NCBI GenBank assembly: GCA_043826135.1
Contig: JBDRQT010000040.1
Location: 993-64,992, forward strand
DNA: 64,000 bases
DNA from: an archaeon
Lineage (GTDB): Archaea; Nanobdellota; Nanobdellia; Woesearchaeales; GW2011-AR15
Reading direction: 5' to 3'
Shown: one piece after another, positions 45,065-53,734 of the stretch
Numbering within the stretch: the first letter of the stretch is position 1
Layout of the letters: each line of letters begins with the position of its first letter
Notes under the pieces: model-generated
Seen by the model: only the letters and a program-made list of their open reading frames with translations
Databases searched by the model: none
What the model was told of the DNA's origin: nothing
Translations under genes and position numbers: made by a program

Positions 45065-45176
45065 TACACTTACGTTCTGAGATGCGGAACCTGAATCATC
45101 CATGGTTCTGATGATTTTCTATGAGCCAAAAATCAGCAGGGTTCCCGATTGCCATTCGTAAGAGTAGGTGAACGGG
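45065..45176. ncRNA. Candidate structured RNA (or bidirectional terminator structure) in a GC-elevated convergent intergenic region; class and strand unknown
   Basis: Three nested helices: 45065-45074 with 45167-45176 (9 bp, 1 mismatch); 45085-45093 with 45137-45147 (9 bp, 2 bulges); hairpin 45094-45100 with 45110-45116 (7 bp, 9-nt loop). No match to tRNA, 5S or C/D patterns that I can see. Confidence 0.2.
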
Positions 45177-45245
45177 ATTACCCAATAAGAATTGATTAAT
45201 TAAGATAGAAATTAAAACAATTTCAAAAAAAAATATTTAAAAAAT

Positions 45246-46175
45246 CTAAGCTTCGCTTTTTACTTTTTCTATCTCCTGGTTCAGGAAATCAAGGTTTTCG
45301 ATAAGCTCTTTATATGAATTCCTGACAGTTACTTCAGTCACATCGGCAACTTTGGCTATCTCTGCCTGAGTCTTCTTCTCGTTAAAGATCTTTGATGCGA
45401 TGTACAGAGCGCCGGCAGCAATCCCTTTCGGGCTCCTCCCGGAAGTTATCTCTTCTTTTGTCGCTATCTGTACAATATCCAGAGCTTTTGTCTGTGTTCC
45501 AGGCTCTAGCTTAAGTTCTGATGCGAACCTCGCGACATAATTAAGCGGATCTATCGGTAAGGTCCTTATGTTCAGGTTTCTTGAGACATACTTAAAGTTC
45601 TTTGCGACTTTCTTCTTGTCGATCCCTGTGACATCAGACACTTCATTTAATGTTCTTGGAATGTCATACATCCTAAGGACTGCATAAACTACTCCTGCAA
45701 CAACTGCTTCTGTGGAATGTCCTCTGACAAGCCCTCTCTGGACTGCTTCAGTATAGATCCTTGATATCTCTTCTTCGACATAGTTCGGAAGACCAAGAAC
45801 TGAAACAATTCTCTTGACTTCTGATAGTGCAAGCCTTAAATTGCTCTCGATTGCTGTTGAGACTCTTCTTTGCCAAAGCCTAAGTCTATAGAATTTGTCC
45901 TTATCTCTCTTTGACAGCTTATGTAGATCTGCCTTGGTTCCTATGGTTGTACCTAGACCTCTGTCTTCCTGCGTGTAAGTAAGAGGTGCGCCTGTCCTTC
46001 TTCTGGATTCACCATGATCTGAATCGAATTCTCTCCATTCCTGGCCAAAATCAAAGAGTTTATCGTCAAGCACAAGTCCGCATGACTTGCACATCACTTC
46101 TCCCTTTTCCTTATTCCATTGAAGTTTTTCATCCCCGCACTCAGGGCATTTTTTATATTGTAAGTCCTTGATCAT
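45246..46175 (-). CDS. tfb: Transcription initiation factor IIB (TFB)
   Basis: Zn ribbon 'CPECGDEKLQWNKEKGEVMCKSCG', two cyclin-fold repeats ('GRSPKGIAAGALYIA'). Strong SD GGGAGGAG upstream. Confidence 0.95.
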   Translation of the reverse strand: MIKDLQYKKCPECGDEKLQWNKEKGEVMCKSCGLVLDDKLFDFGQEWREFDSDHGESRRRTGAPLTYTQEDRGLGTTIGTKADLHKLSKRDKDKFYRLRLWQRRVSTAIESNLRLALSEVKRIVSVLGLPNYVEEEISRIYTEAVQRGLVRGHSTEAVVAGVVYAVLRMYDIPRTLNEVSDVTGIDKKKVAKNFKYVSRNLNIRTLPIDPLNYVARFASELKLEPGTQTKALDIVQIATKEEITSGRSPKGIAAGALYIASKIFNEKKTQAEIAKVADVTEVTVRNSYKELIENLDFLNQEIEKVKSEA

Positions 46176-46492
46176 TTTTTCTCCTCCCTATAGACAAGTC
46201 AATCTAGGCATCATCACCCCTCTTTACCTAGAAGACTGCGTAATTATGAGTTCAGGGATGTTAAAAACAGGTCATATTTAAATGTTTGCCTTGTTTTCAG
46301 TTTGTTATTGAGAACAGATAGTAAAAAGAGGAGAGGGAAATGTTTATAAAATTTGTTGCTAAAAAGATATTTTAGCATAAGTTTTCTAAGGAATTGATAT
46401 TGAAGACTGAATGACAGTTTTAAAAAAATGAGTTTGATGGGACTCTATGCGCTGCTTAATTTGTATGAAAATGCATGAATAATGACTTTTAC

Positions 46493-47260
46493 TCATTTAT
46501 TAAAAAAATCATTCACTTGACCTGACAAAATGGCTTCTCTTAGTTCAAGTCCTGTATTTAGCCCATCATAAAACCAGTCTATCCATCCTTCAGACTCTCC
46601 TGTGCCATTCATATCATCCCTAACAGCTTTTGTCACAAATTCAAGATCAGCAGGTGAAATAACAGCATATCTGAAGTCCTCGCTTTCATCCCAATGAACA
46701 TTCGGATTAAGCAATGCTTCTCTCACACCTTGGGCAAAAAAATATTCTTCCCTAACATAATAAGCTGGATCGCTGCCGAAAATGTCTAAGTCGATCATAT
46801 AATCAGGAATATCCTGTAAATTAACATTTGTTGGCAACTCAAGATTTAGTAAGCCTGCATACATTGCAGCATAGAGTTTATATTCAATCTTCTCGTTAAA
46901 ATTTCTGCCGCATGAAAGAATTGGTTTGTCTAATTGGTCTTCCAATGTCTTTAATCGTTTAGCTGCCTCATACAAAGCCGGTCTTTTTTGTGCTTCCGTT
47001 TCTAGTCCCTCTCGATCGTCTTGATGCTCAATAATAAAATTCATATCAGGATCTTTTCTGATTTGTTCCAATTGCCTTGATAATAACTCAACTGCATTTT
47101 GGTATTTTTTAGAACATTCACTAAATGTTAAGTTGCAACTAATTGCATATGAATCATCTGAATCCAGTTCTGCATCTGGATCCCAAATATTAGTATAATA
47201 AAATGCTGTTGAATATGCAATCCTTTCCTTTGTCAGCATTTCCACTGTGATTTTATCCAT
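46493..47260 (-). CDS. Acidic hypothetical protein
   Basis: 255-aa ORF, no motif recognised. Confidence 0.4.
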   Translation of the reverse strand: MDKITVEMLTKERIAYSTAFYYTNIWDPDAELDSDDSYAISCNLTFSECSKKYQNAVELLSRQLEQIRKDPDMNFIIEHQDDREGLETEAQKRPALYEAAKRLKTLEDQLDKPILSCGRNFNEKIEYKLYAAMYAGLLNLELPTNVNLQDIPDYMIDLDIFGSDPAYYVREEYFFAQGVREALLNPNVHWDESEDFRYAVISPADLEFVTKAVRDDMNGTGESEGWIDWFYDGLNTGLELREAILSGQVNDFFNK

Positions 47261-47337
47261 ATTGTCTGATTCATATTAAGCAGATTCATACGCATCATTC
47301 GATAGATTACGCCACAGAAAAAAATACGCTTGCTGAA

Positions 47338-48018
47338 TTGACAGCATTTCAAGATGAGATATATCAAATATTAAAATTCATGATCAATGGTGGTTTAGGT
47401 CTTGAAGAAGCATATATAGAAGGATTCTCAGATTTGACTATGCCTTTATTAGAAATCAATGCATTATGGGCCCGCTATATGATGTCTAAAAAGATTGATG
47501 AAGCACTAATTACAAGAGCGGAAAACGCGCTTGGATTGATGGAAAAGGTTGACCAGGTAGAAGAGAAATATTGGAAGGCTGCTATGAAAACATGTAAAGA
47601 ACAGAATATTCCAACAAGAAGAACTAAAGCAGCTGAAAATACCATTAATCCTTATGTGATATGTGAAAGTATCCTCAATGGAGATGCCACTAAATATGAA
47701 AACTGGCCGCCTTATGCATTTGCCAGATTATATGAAGAAGGTAGTTTAGGAATATTACCAAGTGAAGGGATCATAGAATCAGAAATGGCAGATGTTGTTG
47801 ATTTCTCAAAAAGAGAGGAAGATCAACGAATTGATCACATAATTTTTGCCCACCGAGAAAAAAAAGCGCTTGAATTGGCAACAAAACATACTTTTCCTGT
47901 CATTGTATATGGCATAGCGCATGAGTTTCTTGATCAAATTCGGGCATTTAATATAAAAAAGGGTCCAACATATTCACTAATCGAGATATATCCAAACGCC
48001 TTTTTTAACTCTAAATAG
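47338..48018 (+). CDS. Hypothetical protein
   Basis: TTG start in the track (next ATG is 47380); the start is uncertain. The C-terminal 'PVIVYGIAHEFLDQI' is only faintly TraB/GumN-like. Confidence 0.35.
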   Translation: MTAFQDEIYQILKFMINGGLGLEEAYIEGFSDLTMPLLEINALWARYMMSKKIDEALITRAENALGLMEKVDQVEEKYWKAAMKTCKEQNIPTRRTKAAENTINPYVICESILNGDATKYENWPPYAFARLYEEGSLGILPSEGIIESEMADVVDFSKREEDQRIDHIIFAHREKKALELATKHTFPVIVYGIAHEFLDQIRAFNIKKGPTYSLIEIYPNAFFNSK

Positions 48019-48034
48019 TATTATCTCTCCGACA

Positions 48035-48046
48035 ATTTTATATAAC
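48035..48046 (+). promoter_or_regulatory. TATA box (TTTATATA) for leaderless aRF1 gene
   Basis: Centre is ~27 nt upstream of ATG 48067. No SD. Confidence 0.5.
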
Positions 48047-48066
48047 TTCTGGCTTTTCGTAGAGTC

Positions 48067-49164
48067 ATGACAATTAATTCACATCAGCGAAGGCTTCTCA
48101 TCAAATTCATCAAGCAGCTTGAGAACAGAAGAGGCAGGCACACCGAGCTTGTTTCTGTTTATATCCCAGCGGGATATGACCTCAACAAGATAATAAACCA
48201 TCTTGCGCAGGAGCAGGGGACTGCCACCAACATAAAGGACTCCACCACCAGAAAGAACGTGATAGACTCACTGGAAAGAATGATACAGCATCTAAGGCTC
48301 TTCAAGAGAACACCTGAACACGGGCTTGCTGCATTCGCAGGGAACATCGCTGAAAGGGAAGGCCAGCAGGATATCGGAGTCTACAGCATTGAACCTCCTG
48401 AACCGCTAAATTTCAGATTATATAGGTGCGATAAGCTGTTTGTGCTTGACAACCTGAAAGAGATGGCTGAAAAAAAGGATACTTATGGCCTTATAGTTAT
48501 GGACAAAAGAGAAGGCAATATCGCGATTCTGAAAGGAAAATCGATAATACCATTGACTACAACGACTTCTTATGTCCCTGGAAAGACAAGAGCAGGCGGC
48601 CAGAGCAGCGCAAGGTTTGAAAGGATAAGAGAAGGTGCTGCCAAAGAATTCTTTTCAAAGCTCGGTGAATACGTTAAGGAGAATTTTCTTGAAAATAAAG
48701 AACTCAAAGGGATTCTGGTCGGTGGGCCTGGAATGACAAAAAATGAATTTGTTGATGGCAACTATATAACAGATCAGGTAAAAAGAAAAATCATTGCTAT
48801 AAAAGACCTTAGTTACACTGGAGAGTTTGGCCTGCAGGAGCTTGTTGAGAAATGCCAGGATGTCCTGGCAAATGAAGAGATAGCCCAGGAAAAGGAGATA
48901 ATGCAAAAGTTCTTCGGAAGGCTTGCGACAAACCAAAAGGAAGTCGCATATGGAGAAGTGCAGGTCAGAAAAGCTATAGGTCTTGGCGCAGCAGATGTTG
49001 TCCTCTTGTCAGAGGATCTTCCTGAATCAGTTGTCGAGGAATTTGAACTCCAAGCTGAAAAATTCGGGACAAAAGTTGAAGTTATATCGACTGAAACACG
49101 AGAGGGAGTTCAGCTCAGGGAAATGGGAAGGTATGCAGCAATCTTGAGATATGAAGTTCATTAA
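48067..49164 (+). CDS. prf1: Peptide chain release factor aRF1
   Basis: 'TELVSVYIPAGYDL', 'GTATNIKDSTTRKNV' (NIKS position reads NIKD), 'TRAGGQSSARFERIREG' (GGQ). 365 aa. Confidence 0.9.
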   Translation: MTINSHQRRLLIKFIKQLENRRGRHTELVSVYIPAGYDLNKIINHLAQEQGTATNIKDSTTRKNVIDSLERMIQHLRLFKRTPEHGLAAFAGNIAEREGQQDIGVYSIEPPEPLNFRLYRCDKLFVLDNLKEMAEKKDTYGLIVMDKREGNIAILKGKSIIPLTTTTSYVPGKTRAGGQSSARFERIREGAAKEFFSKLGEYVKENFLENKELKGILVGGPGMTKNEFVDGNYITDQVKRKIIAIKDLSYTGEFGLQELVEKCQDVLANEEIAQEKEIMQKFFGRLATNQKEVAYGEVQVRKAIGLGAADVVLLSEDLPESVVEEFELQAEKFGTKVEVISTETREGVQLREMGRYAAILRYEVH

Positions 49165-49185
49165 ATCAGATTTGAGCACTAATAT

Positions 49186-49197
49186 TTTTTATATAAC
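49186..49197 (+). promoter_or_regulatory. TATA box (TTTATATA) for 49216 gene
   Basis: Centre is ~25-27 nt upstream of ATG 49216. Confidence 0.45.
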
Positions 49198-49215
49198 CAT
49201 ATATTACCTGATTCA

Positions 49216-49605
49216 ATGAGAAAAATCCTACTGTGTTCACTCTTATTTCTAATCTCAATTATCTCAGCTTTAGCTCATGACGTTGCTCCATATTATACAA
49301 AATCGTCTTATTATGAAGATAATTATGATGAATACATACTAAATTATCACCCTGAGTACAGGCCTTATGCAATTGCGGGAAACGGCATTGCAAGATTATA
49401 TGTCCGCAGTGAGAATGGCCGCACAATCGCAATTCCTGAAAAATTTCCAAAATCTGATTATGAGAATGAAATAGAACCATCGCATAACTCCGATTCATAT
49501 ATAGCTGCTCCATTTCCAAGAAGACAAAGCAGCCCTTTTGTTGTGCAGTATGTTAATTTACACAAAAACACACCCATAACATTTATTGAAGTTCATATCT
49601 TATAG
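49216..49605 (+). CDS. Small secreted Tyr-rich protein
   Basis: Signal peptide 'MRKILLCSLLFLISIISALA'. 129 aa. Confidence 0.45.
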   Translation: MRKILLCSLLFLISIISALAHDVAPYYTKSSYYEDNYDEYILNYHPEYRPYAIAGNGIARLYVRSENGRTIAIPEKFPKSDYENEIEPSHNSDSYIAAPFPRRQSSPFVVQYVNLHKNTPITFIEVHIL

Positions 49606-49641
49606 AGAAAACATATAAACAGATATTAATACTATTTTTCC

Positions 49642-50295
49642 ATGCATTATCTCATAGAAAAGTCCTTCCGCGAGCTCTATCCTGAAAAAGAGATTCCTGT
49701 TTGCACAATTAAATATTCTAGGGCGTTTAAAGATTTCAACGCAAATGTAAGATATACAAAAACATCACTTTTGTTCAGGCTTTCATATCTGTGGAAAAAT
49801 GTATCCGATGAAATTAAGATCGGGCTGCTCCAGCATCTCTTGAATAAAGTCTATAAAACGCACAACAGAACAATGAATGTTGAATTCTATGAGATATTCC
49901 TGAAGAAACTGCCGAATGTCACGCCAAAAACTCAGAGCGACCCTATCCTGGAAAGTTCGTTTGATAGAATTAACATGGAATACTTCCAAGGGCAGATAAT
50001 GCAGCCGAATCTCATGTGGGGAGACAAGACTTTTCGCACTCTTGGGAGCTACAATCATTTAAATGATACCGTCAAGATAAGTACAGTCCTGAAAAACGAT
50101 CAACACCTTCTGGATTATGTGATGTACCATGAACTCCTGCATAAGAAACTAAAATACTATGAAACTGAGAAAAAAAGGATACATCATTCCCCTGAGTTCA
50201 AGAGGCTCGAGAAAGAATTTAAGGATGAAGATGTTGAAGATAAGCTAAAAGCCTTCTTAAGGAAAGAAAAATTCAAAAGATTCTTCTGGTTCTGA
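49642..50295 (+). CDS. SprT-like / DUF45-like zinc metallopeptidase domain protein
   Basis: 'FDRINMEYFQGQI', 'RTLGSYN....VKIS', HExxH 'MYHELLHKK', downstream 'IHHSPEF'. Confidence 0.55.
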   Translation: MHYLIEKSFRELYPEKEIPVCTIKYSRAFKDFNANVRYTKTSLLFRLSYLWKNVSDEIKIGLLQHLLNKVYKTHNRTMNVEFYEIFLKKLPNVTPKTQSDPILESSFDRINMEYFQGQIMQPNLMWGDKTFRTLGSYNHLNDTVKISTVLKNDQHLLDYVMYHELLHKKLKYYETEKKRIHHSPEFKRLEKEFKDEDVEDKLKAFLRKEKFKRFFWF

Positions 50296-50336
50296 ACTCG
50301 AAATTTGCTAACATGTACTCCCAGAATAAATCCCAA

Positions 50337-51263
50337 TCATGATTTTGAAATTTCCGAGTTATAAATTGCAACAAAAACTTCAAAAAACATTGGTAGTTTT
50401 TCCTGCGCTCTCAAAGATTTATTTTCTGCAGTATCATGAAATATTGTTTCCAAACCTTGTGTTGAATGGAAAAGTGCATTTATTATGTTGTATAGTTTAG
50501 CTTCATCAGCATGAAGTGCACTTAAAATATCAATGGATTGTCTGAAACCATTATTTGTTTCCCTGTTCTCAACAATAGTCCAGAACCACTGATAATCTTC
50601 CATGAGAAATTGCTCAAATTGCGTTCTCATAAACCTCTTATATCTTGGATGAGATTCCATAATATCAAAATCATAAAATACGGATGAAGTTCCAAAATCA
50701 GTAATAAGAAGCTCGGGATTTTTAGTACTTGAATAATGAAATTCATCAAACCAATGATCATGATTATAGCCCACACCTAAAGTTGCTAGCCTTGCATGTG
50801 CCTGAGCTCCAATTTTAATTGCTTCATCCAAACTTAAATTAAATTTTCCTCTGCGTTCAGCTTTAGTGCTTAGCGCCAGTTTATCAAGTGATTCATGTGA
50901 AATAGGAATTAAGGTTTCTGCATAAAAGTCATCACCGTAATGATATACTCTTGGCGCAATCACACCTGAAACCCTTTCCAAAACCTCTATCTCTGATTTA
51001 GGATTATCCTTATCATATTTTTTTAGAACAAATCTGATGTTTGGTGAATCAACTATAACAGGTAATCTCTCTCCACCGTAAATAGGAACCCCCATATGAT
51101 TCCTTAAGAAGTCAACTTTAGCTTCAGATATTGACATTGCATCTAAGCTTCGCTCGATAAAACCTCTGATTGATTCCAATGAATATAGGGGTTGTTTATA
51201 CACATACCTAACAAAATTTATCTGGGATAAATCTGATTCCTCAAACTTAAAGGTTATTACCAT
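50337..51263 (-). CDS. Atypical protein-kinase-like-fold protein
   Basis: Order of elements resembles an ePK/RIO-like core: 'IRFVLKKYD' (beta3 Lys), 'EIEVLERV' (alphaC Glu), 'GYNHDHWFDEF' (degenerate catalytic loop), 'LITDFGTS' (DFG). Confidence 0.35.
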   Translation of the reverse strand: MVITFKFEESDLSQINFVRYVYKQPLYSLESIRGFIERSLDAMSISEAKVDFLRNHMGVPIYGGERLPVIVDSPNIRFVLKKYDKDNPKSEIEVLERVSGVIAPRVYHYGDDFYAETLIPISHESLDKLALSTKAERRGKFNLSLDEAIKIGAQAHARLATLGVGYNHDHWFDEFHYSSTKNPELLITDFGTSSVFYDFDIMESHPRYKRFMRTQFEQFLMEDYQWFWTIVENRETNNGFRQSIDILSALHADEAKLYNIINALFHSTQGLETIFHDTAENKSLRAQEKLPMFFEVFVAIYNSEISKS

Positions 51264-51338
51264 TCAAAAACCGATTGCAGAATCTTATATATAAAAACAT
51301 GGTTACCTGCCTCATAAATCAACAAAGAATATGCTGTA

Positions 51339-51770
51339 TTAGATATTGGAAAGCAAAGGTATAAATTCTGAAAGTACCATCTGCTCCATCAAACCCGGTA
51401 ATTCCTGCCTTGGGGAGGCCTGCAACAGAGAACTAGTGGTTATATGTGTACTTAGTACCATGTAAGGACCGCCTTTGCTGGGTACCAGACAAAGATAATG
51501 TGTATGTGCATAAGTGTTGTCCTGCCCTGCTCCGTTGGTATGATCAAGTTCAGAATGAGAATGTACAAGACACATTCGAGAATACTTTGATAAAAAAGTC
51601 TGTGCATCCTCATTAGTCGTGCTATGAATCAAATCCAACGCAGATTGCGGCAATGGATACCTTGGACCAAAATCACCTGCCTTCATCCTTACAAGCGGTA
51701 TTGTTTCTTGAGGATATTCAACTAACATCTCAGGCAATGTTGGAAGTCCGAGCGCATTCATCTTATGCAA
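51339..51770 (-). CDS. Hypothetical protein
   Basis: TTG start in the track (ATG at 51761). His-rich 'CLVHSHSELDHTNG'. No confident family. Confidence 0.35.
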   Translation of the reverse strand: MHKMNALGLPTLPEMLVEYPQETIPLVRMKAGDFGPRYPLPQSALDLIHSTTNEDAQTFLSKYSRMCLVHSHSELDHTNGAGQDNTYAHTHYLCLVPSKGGPYMVLSTHITTSSLLQASPRQELPGLMEQMVLSEFIPLLSNI

Positions 51771-51875
51771 GAAAATAAATTAATATAAAAATCAATATGA
51801 AACAGCCTATTCGCAAAACATATATATACCCGTTACCTTTATAAATCCTAAGAAAATTCTGAAAGGTGAAGAAAT

Positions 51876-52274
51876 ATGGTTGGAACTAAGCTTGCCGGGG
51901 TTGGCTCACTTAAGAAAGGTAACTATGTTGTACTGGAAGGGGTTGCATGCGTTGTGCACGATACCCAGACATCAAGGCCAGGAAAGCATGGACACGCAAA
52001 GACAAGAATCGTCGCAGTCGGTATACTTGACGACAAAAAAAGGGATGTAGTCATGCCTGGACACGATAATGTTGAAGTTCCTATAATCGACAAGCTTACT
52101 GCACAGATATTATCAATATCAGATAAGACAGCAAATGTCATGGATATGGAATCGTTTATGACTTTTGATTTGAAGATACCTGAAGAGCTCCAGGGCACTC
52201 TTAAAGAAGGGATGTCCATCCTGTACTGGGATATTTTGGGAGAGAAAGTAATGAAGCAGGTAAAAGGAGAATAA
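51876..52274 (+). CDS. eif5a: Translation initiation factor 5A (aIF5A)
   Basis: Hypusine loop 'TSRPGKHGHAKTRIVAVGI'. SD AGGTGA upstream. Confidence 0.95.
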   Translation: MVGTKLAGVGSLKKGNYVVLEGVACVVHDTQTSRPGKHGHAKTRIVAVGILDDKKRDVVMPGHDNVEVPIIDKLTAQILSISDKTANVMDMESFMTFDLKIPEELQGTLKEGMSILYWDILGEKVMKQVKGE

Positions 52275-52276
52275 AA

Positions 52277-52438
52277 ATGGTCAAATTCCCAGAAGCAGAT
52301 GCAAGGATGTTTCAAAGAGTTTTTGTTTGCAGAAGATGCAAGTCTAAAACAAAAACAAATAACCTTAAAGTATTGGCTGGCAAAGTCACATGCTCAAAAT
52401 GCGGCTGCCATGCATTCAGGCCTTTAAGGAAAAAATGA
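52277..52438 (+). CDS. rpl40e: 50S ribosomal protein L40e
   Basis: Not in the track (<60 aa). MVKFPEADARMFQRVFVCRRCKSKTKTNNLKVLAGKVTCSKCGCHAFRPLRKK fits the L40e pattern ('FPEA.AR.F.....C.RC....N.......C.KCG....RP.RK') with a CxxC...CxxC ribbon. It starts 2 nt after the aIF5A stop, and its TGA overlaps the next ATG (ATGA). Confidence 0.75.
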   Translation: MVKFPEADARMFQRVFVCRRCKSKTKTNNLKVLAGKVTCSKCGCHAFRPLRKK

Positions 52439-53649
52439 GTTTTCTAAGTAGCCTTTTTGATTACAGATGGACTATTTTATTCTATAGTGCCATACTTCTT
52501 GCTGTATATGTTTTTAGGAAAAAACTGGAACGCCAAGGCTCGTTTATGTATATAATCAGGACAAAGATAGGTCTCCAGTTCATGGATAAGATAAGCTCTG
52601 CTGCAAGAAAACCAATAATCTGGTTAGGCTATGCTGGAATTGTTATTGCTTACATAGGTTTCTTCTTCATCAGCTATGTTCTGCTTCAAGGCACATATGA
52701 TCTGTTAATTGATAAACCCGGTGCAGTCGGCGGTGGTCCTGTAATTCCCGGGCTTCCTATAGGCGGGACTGGAATAGTTTTTCCACTAGTTATCGGTTGG
52801 ATTAGCCTTCTGATAATTATGGTTGTTCATGAGGGTGCCCATGGCATCCTTGCAAGAGCGCATAATATTAAGGTAAAAAGTTCAGGCCTTGCATTTCTTG
52901 GGCCAATACTTGGCGCTTTTGTTGAACCTGATGAAAAGGATATGCAGAAAAAAAAGCATAGAGTGCAGCATTCAGTCCTTGCAGCGGGTCCGGTATCAAA
53001 CCTAGTATTATGGATTGTCTGTATGATACTAATTGTCTATGTGCTCAGCCCCGCTGTTAGTGGTCTTGCTATTTCTGCTGGAATCTATGCCAGTCCCATC
53101 AAAAATGACAGCTTGCCTGCTATGAAAGCAGGATTTACAGAAAAAACAGTGATTGTTGGCATCAATAATGCCAAGATAAATGATTCAGTATCATTTTTTA
53201 GCAGCCTTGAAAACCTGACACCTGGGCAGAAACTTAGGATAGACACACTATCAGGAGAACATTATGATCTTACAACAATAAAAAATCCTGAAAACAAATC
53301 AAAAGGTTATATCGGAATCACAAAATTTGAACAATACTATGCTCCTAAAATTGAAGGTCCGCTCGGAAACATTCTACTCAGCGTGCTTCTTTGGTTTATT
53401 GAACTTCTTGAATGGACAGCATTTATAAGTTTCAATATTGGTCTCATCAATCTGTTCCCTATTTTCATAACAGATGGAGCGCAGATGCTCAAACTAAATT
53501 TCCTGCATTTGATCCATGATAAGAAAAAAGCGCTGAATTATTGGAAAAGTGTGAATATTGTTGCACTGATGATGGTTTTCATTATGCTATTTTTGCCTCT
53601 CCTAAGGACATTGTTTAAATTTGCGATAAGTTTTGTATTGTCAATCTGA
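52435..53649 (+). CDS. Site-2 protease (M50 family) with a PDZ-like insert
   Basis: HExxH 'VVHEGAHGILAR' and 'NLFPIFITDG' (NxxPxxxxDG). Start set to ATG 52435 (Met16 of the track ORF), because the first 45 nt of the track ORF lie inside the L40e gene. Confidence 0.85.
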   Translation: MSFLSSLFDYRWTILFYSAILLAVYVFRKKLERQGSFMYIIRTKIGLQFMDKISSAARKPIIWLGYAGIVIAYIGFFFISYVLLQGTYDLLIDKPGAVGGGPVIPGLPIGGTGIVFPLVIGWISLLIIMVVHEGAHGILARAHNIKVKSSGLAFLGPILGAFVEPDEKDMQKKKHRVQHSVLAAGPVSNLVLWIVCMILIVYVLSPAVSGLAISAGIYASPIKNDSLPAMKAGFTEKTVIVGINNAKINDSVSFFSSLENLTPGQKLRIDTLSGEHYDLTTIKNPENKSKGYIGITKFEQYYAPKIEGPLGNILLSVLLWFIELLEWTAFISFNIGLINLFPIFITDGAQMLKLNFLHLIHDKKKALNYWKSVNIVALMMVFIMLFLPLLRTLFKFAISFVLSI

Positions 53650-53734
53650 CGGCGTGTGAAATTAAGTCTATTTTAATCACTTCTACAATAAATATATAAA
53701 CAAAAACTGAGTTTCCTATTCCTGGTGATATAAT

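Noticed and set aside
45014-45117. Two CTGATGATTT decamers (UGAUGA = C-box-like) suggesting a C/D-box sRNA
   Set aside because: No CUGA D/D' boxes lie in the required order or spacing (12-nt guides) on either strand, and the preceding base is C rather than a purine.
46389-46496. 35-codon minus-strand ORF whose ATG forms an ATGA overlap with the stop of 46493..47260
   Set aside because: The peptide (MSKSHYSCIFIQIKQRIESHQTHFFKTVIQSSISIP) has no TM, Zn-ribbon or other recognisable feature. The overlap alone is insufficient evidence.
48067-49164. Genetic-code reassignment implied by the aRF1 NIKD variant
   Set aside because: TAA, TAG and TGA each terminate conserved proteins at their expected C-termini in this window. 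No in-frame stops interrupt any recognisable gene.
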